A stretch of DNA of 32,823 bases from Myxococcales bacterium (GTDB taxonomy: Bacteria; Myxococcota_A; Polyangia; Nannocystales; Nannocystaceae), in assembly GCA_020633295.1 (NCBI GenBank), contig JACKDW010000001.1:1405828-1438650 (forward strand). Reading direction: 5' to 3'. Made by a program: the position numbers and the translations under genes. The notes below the pieces were generated by a model. It did not search any database and was not told the origin of the DNA. It saw only the letters and a program-made list of their open reading frames with translations. Numbering within the stretch: position 1 is the stretch's first letter; the number at the start of each line of letters is the position of its first letter. This document shows positions 1-8,807 of the stretch, piece after piece.

Positions 1-872
1 GGTTGAGCGCGCCGGTCGTCGTCGCGGCGATGACCGGCGGTACGGACGAGGCCGCGAAGATCAACCAGGACTTGGCGCGCGCCGCCGATGAGCTGGGGCT
101 CGGATTCGGGCTCGGCAGTCAGCGCGCGATGTTCGAACGCCCCGAGACCGCCTGGACGTTCAAGGTCCGTGAGCAGGCGCCCAACGTCCTGCTGCTCGGC
201 AACCTCGGGCTCGTGCAGGCCCGGCAGATGACCACCGGGCAGATCCAGGACCTGTGCGGAGAGACGGGCGCAGACGCGCTCTGCATCCACCTCAATCCGG
301 CCATGGAGATCGTCCAGCCCGGCGGCGATCGGGACTTCTCGGGCGGCGCCGACGTCCTGCGCCGTCTCGTCGAGGAGCTGACGATCCCGGTCGTCGCCAA
401 GGAGACCGGCTGCGGGCTGTCGCGCTCGGTTGGCGCGCTCATCCGCTCCTGCGGCGTCGAGCACGTCGACGTGAGCGGCGCGGGCGGAACGAGCTGGGTG
501 GCCGTGGAGGCTCACCGGGCGGACAACGACACCGCGCGGCACATCGCCGAGGAATTGTGGGACTGGGGCATCCCGACTGCGGCCTCGCTCCTGCAACTCG
601 AGGGTCTCGGCCTGCAGATCATCGCCACCGGCGGCCTGCGTACGGGCAGCGACGTGGCTCGCGCGGTCGCGCTCGGCGCGAGCGCGGGCGGGCTCGCCTC
701 ACCGGTGCTGAAGGCCCACCGCGCCGGCGGGTTTGAGGGCGCCCGCGCGTTCCTGGGCCGCGTCGTTCAGACTGTCCGCAGCATCATGCTGCTTACGGGG
801 TCGCGGACCATCGACGAGCTGCGCCAGAGCCCCCGGGTGATCGGACCGACGCTCGAGCGCTGGCGCGTGTGA
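1..872 (+). CDS. fni: Type 2 (FMN-dependent) isopentenyl-diphosphate delta-isomerase; 5' end lies outside the window (reading frame enters at base 3)
   Basis: The ORF is open from the window edge to the TGA at 870-872. It carries the TIM-barrel alpha-hydroxyacid-oxidase-like motifs VVAKETGCGLS and DVSGAGGTSWVAVE typical of IDI-2, and sits first in a mevalonate-pathway operon. Confidence 0.8.
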   Translation, partial: LSAPVVVAAMTGGTDEAAKINQDLARAADELGLGFGLGSQRAMFERPETAWTFKVREQAPNVLLLGNLGLVQARQMTTGQIQDLCGETGADALCIHLNPAMEIVQPGGDRDFSGGADVLRRLVEELTIPVVAKETGCGLSRSVGALIRSCGVEHVDVSGAGGTSWVAVEAHRADNDTARHIAEELWDWGIPTAASLLQLEGLGLQIIATGGLRTGSDVARAVALGASAGGLASPVLKAHRAGGFEGARAFLGRVVQTVRSIMLLTGSRTIDELRQSPRVIGPTLERWRV

Positions 873-898
873 GCCGCGACGTCAACCTCGGGAGCACC

Positions 899-1822
899 AT
901 GACCCCGCGACTTCACCCCCACGCCTCGGCGAGCGGCAAGGTCATCCTCGTCGGTGAGCACGCGGTCGTGTACGGGCAGCCTGCGCTCGCGGCCGGGCTC
1001 CCGGACGGCCTCGAGCTGTGGGCGTCGCCGCTGGACCGGCGCACCGACGCCACGCGCCTCGTGATCCCGGAGTGGCAGCTCGACCTCGTGCTGACGCCCG
1101 ACAACGACCACCCCGTCGCCCGCGCGACCCTCGAGGTCCTCGGGTTCTGCGACGGCCCGCTCACGGGCTGGCGCATCACCGGCACCTCGCGTCTGCCGAG
1201 CCGCGCCGGATGCGGATCGTCGGCGGCGCTCTCGGTCGCGCTCGCCCGTTTGGTGCTCGGTGACGAGGCCGCGCCGGCCGACATCATCGAGGCCTCCCTG
1301 GCCGGTGAGCGGGTGTTCCACGGGAACCCGTCCGGGATCGACAACCTCGTGGCGACCACGGGCGGGATCGTCCGCTTCGTGAAGGGCCAACCCGCAGCGG
1401 AAATTGCGGTGAAGGCGCCACTCCCCTTGCTCGTTGTCCCGACAGGCATCCCGCGCTCCACGGCCGCCCAGGTCACCAAGGTTCGGGAGCGCCTCGCGCG
1501 ACTCCCATCGATCGTGCGCCCGATCTTGGACGCGATCGGGCATGCGACGGACGACGCCATCTCTGCCATCAATTCCTGCAATTACAATATTTTGGGTGAG
1601 ATCTTCACAGTGACACATGAACTTCTCTCGAGCCTCGGCGTCTCGTGTCCGGCGCTTGATTCGCTCCAGGCCGACGCGCTCTCAGCGGGCGCGCTTGGCG
1701 CGAAGCTGACCGGTGCTGGGGGCGGTGGCTGCCTCCTCGTGCTCCCTCCTGCCGACCCGTCCCCTGTGATCGACGCGATGCGCGCGCGCGGCCTGGAGCC
1801 CCTCGCGGTGGAGGTTCGCTAG
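899..1822 (+). CDS. mvk: Mevalonate kinase (GHMP kinase family)
   Basis: N-terminal SGKVILVGEHAVVYG motif (GHMP motif 1), a P-loop-like SRAGCGSSAALSVALA, and a C-terminal KLTGAGGGGC. A GGGAG Shine-Dalgarno lies 5 nt upstream of ATG 899; an alternative GTG at 869 overlaps the fni stop. Confidence 0.8.
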   Translation: MTPRLHPHASASGKVILVGEHAVVYGQPALAAGLPDGLELWASPLDRRTDATRLVIPEWQLDLVLTPDNDHPVARATLEVLGFCDGPLTGWRITGTSRLPSRAGCGSSAALSVALARLVLGDEAAPADIIEASLAGERVFHGNPSGIDNLVATTGGIVRFVKGQPAAEIAVKAPLPLLVVPTGIPRSTAAQVTKVRERLARLPSIVRPILDAIGHATDDAISAINSCNYNILGEIFTVTHELLSSLGVSCPALDSLQADALSAGALGAKLTGAGGGGCLLVLPPADPSPVIDAMRARGLEPLAVEVR

Positions 1823-1824
1823 CC

Positions 1825-2874
1825 ATGGTCGGAGAGCTCAGACAGCACGCTCGAAGCGCGCGCGCGGTTGCGCACGCGAACATCGCGCTGGTCAAGTACT
1901 GGGGCAAGCGACCAGGTGCGGGCGAGGACCTCAACCTCCCGGCGGTCGGCTCGCTGTCCATGACGCTCGATCAGCTGCGCAGCGAGACCGAGATCGGGCC
2001 GGCGGACGCGGACGAGGATCGCTTTGAACTCGACGGTGAGCTCGTGACCGGCGCGGTCGCGGCCCGCTCGTTTCGTCACCTCGATCGGATCTGGCGCCAC
2101 TTCGGGGGCGAAGGGGCCACGCGCCCTGCCCTGCGCGTCCTCTCCCGCAACTTCGTCCCCACGGCCGCCGGCCTGGCCAGCTCGGCCTCGGGCTTCGCCG
2201 CCCTCACGCTCGCCGGGACGGCCGCGCTGACCACCGCGCTCGACGGGGCGTCACCGCGGGATCGGTTTGCCCCGCTCTCAGCGCTCGCGCGTCGTGGCTC
2301 TGGTTCGGCCGCGCGCTCCCTGTGGGGCGGGTTCGTGCGGCTCGATCGCGGTGAGCGCGACGACGGCTCGGACTGCCGCGCGCGCCCGCTGTTTGCTCGC
2401 GATCACTGGGACCTCGAGTTGCTGGTGGTCCACACCGCGCGCGGCAAGAAGTCGATCGGCTCGACCGAGGGCATGACCCGCAGCCGCGAGACCTCGCCCT
2501 ACTACGCCGCGTGGGTCCGCGAGTCCAAGGCTGATCTGGACGCGGCCGAGCAGGCGCTCGGACGTCGCGACCTGACCGCGCTCGGGGCCACGGTCGAGCA
2601 CAGCTGCTTCAAGATGCACGCCTGCATGCTGGCCACGCGCCCGCCGATCCTCTACTGGAACGGCACGACCCTCGAGGTCATCCGCGCGTTGTGGGACGCG
2701 CGGGCCGACGGACTCGAGGGCTACGCGACCAGCGACGCCGGCCCACACGTCAAGGTCCTCTGCCGCTCCGAGATCGCCGCCGCGCTCTCCGAGCGACTCG
2801 CGCGCGTCACCGGCGTGCTCGGGATCGATCGCGTGGGACCCGGGCCCGACGCCCACGTGGAGGTCCTCCCGTGA
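1825..2874 (+). CDS. mvaD: Diphosphomevalonate decarboxylase
   Basis: Signature NIALVKYWGKR near the N-terminus and an MVD-like GLASSASGFAAL P-loop. The start is 3 bp after the mvk stop. Confidence 0.85.
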   Translation: MVGELRQHARSARAVAHANIALVKYWGKRPGAGEDLNLPAVGSLSMTLDQLRSETEIGPADADEDRFELDGELVTGAVAARSFRHLDRIWRHFGGEGATRPALRVLSRNFVPTAAGLASSASGFAALTLAGTAALTTALDGASPRDRFAPLSALARRGSGSAARSLWGGFVRLDRGERDDGSDCRARPLFARDHWDLELLVVHTARGKKSIGSTEGMTRSRETSPYYAAWVRESKADLDAAEQALGRRDLTALGATVEHSCFKMHACMLATRPPILYWNGTTLEVIRALWDARADGLEGYATSDAGPHVKVLCRSEIAAALSERLARVTGVLGIDRVGPGPDAHVEVLP

Positions 2875-5153
2875 CGGACGTGTTCGTCTCGGCGCCCGGC
2901 AAGGCGTTCCTGATCGGCGAGTACGCGATCCTGCACGGGGCGCCGGCGATCGTCACAGCGGTCGACGTACGGGCCTTCGCCCAGGCCGCCAGCAGGTCGG
3001 GCGTCGAGACGCCGATCGTGCGCTGCACTCGAGCGGCGGTCGCCGACGCCCTCGAGCGTGACATCCCGTCCCTCGGACCGGCGCCGTCGGTCGATACGAG
3101 GGCGTTCGCGCCGGGCCGCCGCAAGCTCGGTCTCGGCTCGAGCGCTGCGGTGGCCGCCTGTGTGGCCGCATATCACCTTCGACGCGCCAAGCCGGACGCC
3201 CCCGCGGAGACGCTGCGGGACGAGATCTTCGCCCGCGCCTTCGACGGGCACCGCGCGGCCCAGGACGGGCGCGGCAGCGGAGCGGACGTCCTGGCGTCGG
3301 TCTACGGCGGCTCGCTGAGCGTCCGGCTCGCGGGTGGTCGGTGCGCGATCGAGTCGCGACCGCGCGCCGACTGGCTCACGATCGGCTTCGTCGACGCCGG
3401 CGCGCCCGCCAGCACCACGTCGTTTGTCCGGGCCATCGAGGCCGCGCGAGCCCGCGACGCGGACGCGATCGAGCAAGGGATCAGCCAGCTCGCGCAGGCC
3501 AGCGCGCGCTTCCACGCCGCGTTTCGCCCGTTCGCGCCCGGTGACGTCGCGGCGGCGCTGTACGCCGAGCTTCGGGCCGCCACCCTGCTGCACAACGACG
3601 GGCTTCGCCAGCTGCAGCGGGCCGCCGATGTCCCGATCATGACGGAGGCGATCGAGACGATCCTCGCCGTGGCGACGGAGTTCGGCCTGGCCGCCAAGCC
3701 TAGCGGCGCCGGCGGGGGCGACCTCGTCGTCGTCTTCGCCCACGAGCCAGCCGCCCTCGACCGCTTCGCCGTCGCGCTGCAACGCGAGCACGGGCTCGCG
3801 CTGCTTCGACACCTGCGACCGTCCGCGCCGGGGCTGCGCTTTGAGGCCCGCGAGCCGGCGACCTCCCGCCTCGCGGGCTTCTTCAAGCTCGACATCGCCG
3901 CGCGGCGGGCCGCGGTCGCCCACGCGGCTGGGATCGAGCCGACGAGCTTCTCCTCGGTCGACATCGGCGCGCTCGGGCTCGAGAGCGCCGACAACCTGAT
4001 CGAGAACGTCGTCGGCACCCTCGAGCTGCCCTTCGCCATCGCCACCAACTTCGTCGTCAACGGCCGCGACTTCCTCGTGCCCATGTGCGTCGAGGAGGCC
4101 TCCGTGGTGGCCGCGGCGTCGAACGCCGCGAAGATGATCCGCGCCGGCGGCGGGTTCGTGGCCCACGCCGATCCACCGTGGATGATCGCGCAGATCCAGC
4201 TCGCGCGCTGCCGTGCGGGGGGACTTCGCGCGGAGGAGGCCGCGGCTCGGATCACGCGCGAGCGCGACGCCCTGCTCGAGCTGGCCGATCGCGCCCATCC
4301 GCGTCTGCGCGCCCGCGGCGGCGGCTCCCGCGAGCTCGAGGTGCGCGTGCTCGCCGAGGACATGCTCGTCGTGCACGCGATCATCGACTGCCGCGACGCC
4401 ATGGGCGCCAACCTCATCAACACGATCGCCGAGGAGCTGGCGCCGGCGATCGAGCGCATCACCGGCTGGGCCGCAGGATTGCGGATCCTCAGTAACCTCG
4501 CCGACCGCCGCTGCTCGCACGTCGTCGCGCGTGTGCCCCCCTCGGCCCTCTGCGCCAACCTGCCGTCCAACGAGTGGACCGCCGACGCGGTGGTCGAGCG
4601 CGTGGTCGCGGCCTCGCGCTTCGCCGAGCTCGATCCCTACCGCGCGGCGACCCACAACAAGGGGATCATGAACGGGGTCGACGCGGTGATCCTCGCGACC
4701 GGCAACGACTGGCGCGCGATCGAGGCGGCGGCCCACGCCTACGCGGCCCAGGGCGGTCGCTACGCGCCGCTGGCGATCTGGCGAAAGGGCGCGGACGGCT
4801 GGCTCGAGGGTCGCATGTCGATGCCGACGGCCGTGGGCATGGTCGGCGGCGCGACCAAGGTCCACCCCGCCGCCCGCCTCGCGCTCGATCTGCTCGACTG
4901 TCGATCGAGCGCGGAGCTCGGCGAGGTGATCGTGGCCGCAGGGCTGGCCGCGAACCTCGCGGCCCTGCGCGCGCTGGCGACCGAGGGCATTCAACGCGGG
5001 CACATGTCCCTGCACGCGCGCTCGATCGCCCTCGGCGCCGGGGCCACGAGCGACGAGCTCGAGGCGCTCACCGAGCAGCTGATCGCGTCCGGCGAGATCA
5101 AGCACGAACGCGCGATCGAGCTACTTCGCGCCCTGCGGGCGACACGCCGCTGA
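2871..5153 (+). CDS. In-frame fusion of phosphomevalonate kinase (N-terminal ~330 aa) and class II HMG-CoA reductase (C-terminal ~430 aa)
   Basis: GTG 2871 overlaps the mvaD TGA (GTGA). The N-terminal half has GHMP/PMK motifs SAPGKAFLIGEYAILHG, KLGLGSSAAVAA and KPSGAGGGD. The C-terminal half matches class II HMGR throughout (ENVVGTLELPFAIATNFVVNGRDFLVPMCVEEASVVAAASNAAK, DAMGANLINT, DPYRAATHNKGIMNGVDAV, ATEGIQRGHMSLHAR). There is no stop or frame change at the junction near 3840-3860. Confidence 0.75.
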   Translation: MTDVFVSAPGKAFLIGEYAILHGAPAIVTAVDVRAFAQAASRSGVETPIVRCTRAAVADALERDIPSLGPAPSVDTRAFAPGRRKLGLGSSAAVAACVAAYHLRRAKPDAPAETLRDEIFARAFDGHRAAQDGRGSGADVLASVYGGSLSVRLAGGRCAIESRPRADWLTIGFVDAGAPASTTSFVRAIEAARARDADAIEQGISQLAQASARFHAAFRPFAPGDVAAALYAELRAATLLHNDGLRQLQRAADVPIMTEAIETILAVATEFGLAAKPSGAGGGDLVVVFAHEPAALDRFAVALQREHGLALLRHLRPSAPGLRFEAREPATSRLAGFFKLDIAARRAAVAHAAGIEPTSFSSVDIGALGLESADNLIENVVGTLELPFAIATNFVVNGRDFLVPMCVEEASVVAAASNAAKMIRAGGGFVAHADPPWMIAQIQLARCRAGGLRAEEAAARITRERDALLELADRAHPRLRARGGGSRELEVRVLAEDMLVVHAIIDCRDAMGANLINTIAEELAPAIERITGWAAGLRILSNLADRRCSHVVARVPPSALCANLPSNEWTADAVVERVVAASRFAELDPYRAATHNKGIMNGVDAVILATGNDWRAIEAAAHAYAAQGGRYAPLAIWRKGADGWLEGRMSMPTAVGMVGGATKVHPAARLALDLLDCRSSAELGEVIVAAGLAANLAALRALATEGIQRGHMSLHARSIALGAGATSDELEALTEQLIASGEIKHERAIELLRALRATRR

Positions 5154-5327
5154 CCGACGCGACTGGTTTGCGTGATCGATTCGCCGCGCTGAGGCGTCCG
5201 TCACAGCGCCGCTTTACAGAACCAGTAGGATGCACCCACACTTCCCCCGGTATCGCGCGCCCGCGCCCGCTACATCCCCCTACCTATCGACTGGACTGCG
5301 TCCCGCTTCCCGATTTGGAGCCGCGAG

Positions 5328-6299
5328 ATGGTGAACGCCACAGAACCCCGCCTCTTCTGCGTCCCCGCGCCGACCGCTGACGAGCGCGACGAGGACTACA
5401 CGCCCCCGGACGGCGCCCCGCCCGGGCCGTGGTCGCTCGCCAGCGCCTATCGCTACTGCGAGCGCCTGGCCACGACCCACTACGAGAACTTCCCCGTCGC
5501 CTCGCGGTTCATGCCGGCCCACCTGCGCGGGAACGTCATGGCCATCTACGCGTTCGCGCGCACGGCCGACGACTTCGCCGACGAGCCGCGCTACGCCGAC
5601 CGCCGCGTCGAGGCGCTGAACCGGTGGGAGACCCTGCTCGAGGCCTGCTACCACCGCGACGTCGAGCACCCGGTGTTCCTCGCGCTGCGCGACACGGTGC
5701 GTCGCCACAACATCCCCATCGGCCCGCTCAAGGATCTCCTGACCGCGTTCCGCATGGACCTCACCAAGCACCGCTACAACACCTTCCAGGAGATCCGGCA
5801 CTACTGCCGCCACTCGGCCCACCCGGTCGGGCGCCTCGTGCTCTACGTCCACGGTCACCGCGCCCCCGATCTCCACCGCTTCAGCGACGAGATCTGCGCG
5901 GCCCTGCAGATCGCCAACTTCCTGCAGGACGTCTCCGTCGACCTGCCCCGCGGCCGCTGCTACCTGCCCGAGGAGGACCTCGTGCACTTCGGCGTCACGC
6001 GCGAGGACCTGCTCGCGCGTCGCCACACCCGCAACTTCCTCGACCTCATGGCCTTCTCGGTCGTGCGCGCGCGCGCCATGTTCCTGCGCGGTCGCCCGCT
6101 GATCCGCCAGGTCTCGCCCGGCCTGTCCATGGAGCTCGACACCATCTGGGGCGGCGGCATGGCGATCCTGCAGCGCATCGAGGACATGGGCTACAAGGTC
6201 CTCGACAGCCGGCCGACCCTCGAGAAGCGCGACATGGCCGGCATCGCGGTGCGCTCGCTGTTCCGCTTCGGGCGCCGCTTCATCCGCGGCGAGGTCTGA
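5328..6299 (+). CDS. hpnC: Squalene/phytoene synthase family enzyme, HpnC-like (hydroxysqualene synthase)
   Basis: YCERLATTHYENFPVASRFMPAHLRGNVMAIYAFARTADDFADE is an HpnC-type N-terminus. GGAG lies 8 nt upstream of the ATG, and the gene is first of an hpnC-hpnD-hpnE order. Confidence 0.7.
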   Translation: MVNATEPRLFCVPAPTADERDEDYTPPDGAPPGPWSLASAYRYCERLATTHYENFPVASRFMPAHLRGNVMAIYAFARTADDFADEPRYADRRVEALNRWETLLEACYHRDVEHPVFLALRDTVRRHNIPIGPLKDLLTAFRMDLTKHRYNTFQEIRHYCRHSAHPVGRLVLYVHGHRAPDLHRFSDEICAALQIANFLQDVSVDLPRGRCYLPEEDLVHFGVTREDLLARRHTRNFLDLMAFSVVRARAMFLRGRPLIRQVSPGLSMELDTIWGGGMAILQRIEDMGYKVLDSRPTLEKRDMAGIAVRSLFRFGRRFIRGEV

Positions 6300-6409
6300 G
6301 ACCAGGACCAGAACTGGACCAGGATCGGGACGAGCACGAAGGCGAAGGAGCGCGGAGGCTTGAGTACGGACGTGCGACGAGGGACGGAGGAGCGCGGGGG
6401 CGAACGCGC

Positions 6410-7357
<948 letters not shown>

Positions 7358-7432
7358 CGCGGCGCCCCAGCGACACGGGCCGTCGAGGCTGCAGAGGCCA
7401 CAAGAGCTGCAAGGAAGCAGGAGCGAGCAACA

Positions 7433-8764
7433 GTGCGACGCGTCGTGATCATCGGAGGCGGACTCGCCGGGCTGGCCTGCGCCGTGCGCCTGGCGGGCGC
7501 GGGCCAGCGCGTCACGGTGGTCGAGGCCACCAAGCGCGGCGGCGGGCGCTCGCGCTCGTTCCCCGACTCCTCCTTCGGCCGCGAGCTCGACAACGGGCAG
7601 CACCTGATGATGGGCTGCTACCGCGAGACGCTCGCGCTCCTGCGCACGCTGGGCACGCAGGACGGCGTGCGCTTCCAGCAGAACCTCGCCATCGAGATGG
7701 CGCGACCGGGCGGGCGGCGGATCCGGCTGCGCTGCCCCGCCCTGCCCGCGCCCATGCACCTCGTCAGCGGGCTGCTGACCATGCGCGGGCTCGGGGTCGT
7801 GCACCGGGCCTCGGCGCTGCGCGCCGGCCTCGTGCTCAGCGGCGAGGTCCGGCGCCCCGACGACAACGAGACCTGCGACGCCTGGCTCACGCGCATGGGC
7901 CAGACGACCGCGATCCGCAACGCGTTCTGGGAGCCGCTGATCTGGGCGGTGCTCAACGACGACCCGCTGATCTGCTCGGCCGCGATGTTCATGGCGGTGC
8001 TCGAGCGCGCGTTCATGGGCACGCGCGACGACTCGCGCCTCGGCGTGCCCTGCGTGCCCCTGAGCCAGCTCTACGTCGATCAGGCCGCCGACTACGTGCG
8101 CGCCCGGGGCGGCGCGCTGCGCTTCGGCGCGCCCGCGCGGTCCGTCGCGCGCGCGGGCGCGACGCAGCGCGTGCTGCTGAAGTCCGGCGAGGCGCTCGAC
8201 GCCGACGTGATCGTCGCCGCGGTCCCGCCGCGCGCGCTGCTCGAGCTGCTCGACGACGTCGCCGACTCACCTGTCTTTCAAGACATCAAAAAACTCAAGA
8301 CCGCGCCGATCGTCAACCTGTGGTGCGAGCTCGACCGCTCGCCGCTCGGCGGCGCCGAGATGATCGGCCTCGTCGGCAGCCCGCTGCACTGGCTGTTCGA
8401 CCGCAACGTCATCGAGCGCGCGCCCCCCCGCGCGCCGGTGCTGCTCAACTGCACGATCTCGGGCGCGCGCGGCTGCGTCGATGACTCGCCCGCGGCGCTG
8501 CGCCAGCTGCTGCAGGACGAGCTCGCGCGCTACTTCCCGGGCCCGCCGGTGACGATCCAGCGCTGCCGCGTGATCAAGGAGAAGCGCGCGACCATCTCGC
8601 ACGCCGCCGGGACCTACCAGTGGCGCCCCGAGACGCGCAGCCCGATCAAGGGGCTGTACCTCGCGGGCGACTGGGTGCGCACCGGGCTGCCCGCGACGAT
8701 CGAGTCTGCGGTCCAGAGCGGCCACCAGGCGGCGGCCGCGATCCTCGAGGACGCGACGCGCTGA
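7433..8764 (+). CDS. hpnE: Squalene-associated FAD-dependent desaturase / hydroxysqualene dehydroxylase (amine-oxidase-like)
   Basis: GTG start gives an N-terminus (V)RRVVIIGGGLAGLACAVRLAGAGQRVTVVEA, a Rossmann dinucleotide-binding motif. The C-terminus GLYLAGDWVRTGLPATIESAVQSG is the FAD-binding tail of the phytoene-desaturase/HpnE family. It follows hpnC and hpnD directly. Confidence 0.7.
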   Translation: MRRVVIIGGGLAGLACAVRLAGAGQRVTVVEATKRGGGRSRSFPDSSFGRELDNGQHLMMGCYRETLALLRTLGTQDGVRFQQNLAIEMARPGGRRIRLRCPALPAPMHLVSGLLTMRGLGVVHRASALRAGLVLSGEVRRPDDNETCDAWLTRMGQTTAIRNAFWEPLIWAVLNDDPLICSAAMFMAVLERAFMGTRDDSRLGVPCVPLSQLYVDQAADYVRARGGALRFGAPARSVARAGATQRVLLKSGEALDADVIVAAVPPRALLELLDDVADSPVFQDIKKLKTAPIVNLWCELDRSPLGGAEMIGLVGSPLHWLFDRNVIERAPPRAPVLLNCTISGARGCVDDSPAALRQLLQDELARYFPGPPVTIQRCRVIKEKRATISHAAGTYQWRPETRSPIKGLYLAGDWVRTGLPATIESAVQSGHQAAAAILEDATR

Positions 8765-8807
8765 CGGCTCACGCGAGCCGCCGCGCGCCGCTCGGGCGAC
8801 GCGGCGC
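8765..8807. terminator. Two adjacent GC-rich hairpins between the convergent hpnE and secreted-protein genes (possible bidirectional terminator)
   Basis: CGGCTC-acgc-GAGCCG (8765-8780) and GCGCCGC-tcgggcgac-GCGGCGC (8785-8807). The second overlaps the stop of the minus-strand gene. No U-tract follows. Confidence 0.35.

Noticed and set aside
2721-5105. 794-aa minus-strand ORF antisense to the pmk-hmgr gene
   Set aside because: It is Arg/Gly/Ala/Pro-dominated low-complexity translation with no motifs. The opposite strand carries a motif-complete HMGR, so this is a typical high-GC shadow ORF.
6300-6409. Purine-rich hpnC-hpnD spacer with GACCAGGA direct repeats
   Set aside because: It has a short repeat and no palindromic or promoter-like structure. 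It is probably just an intercistronic spacer with the hpnD RBS.
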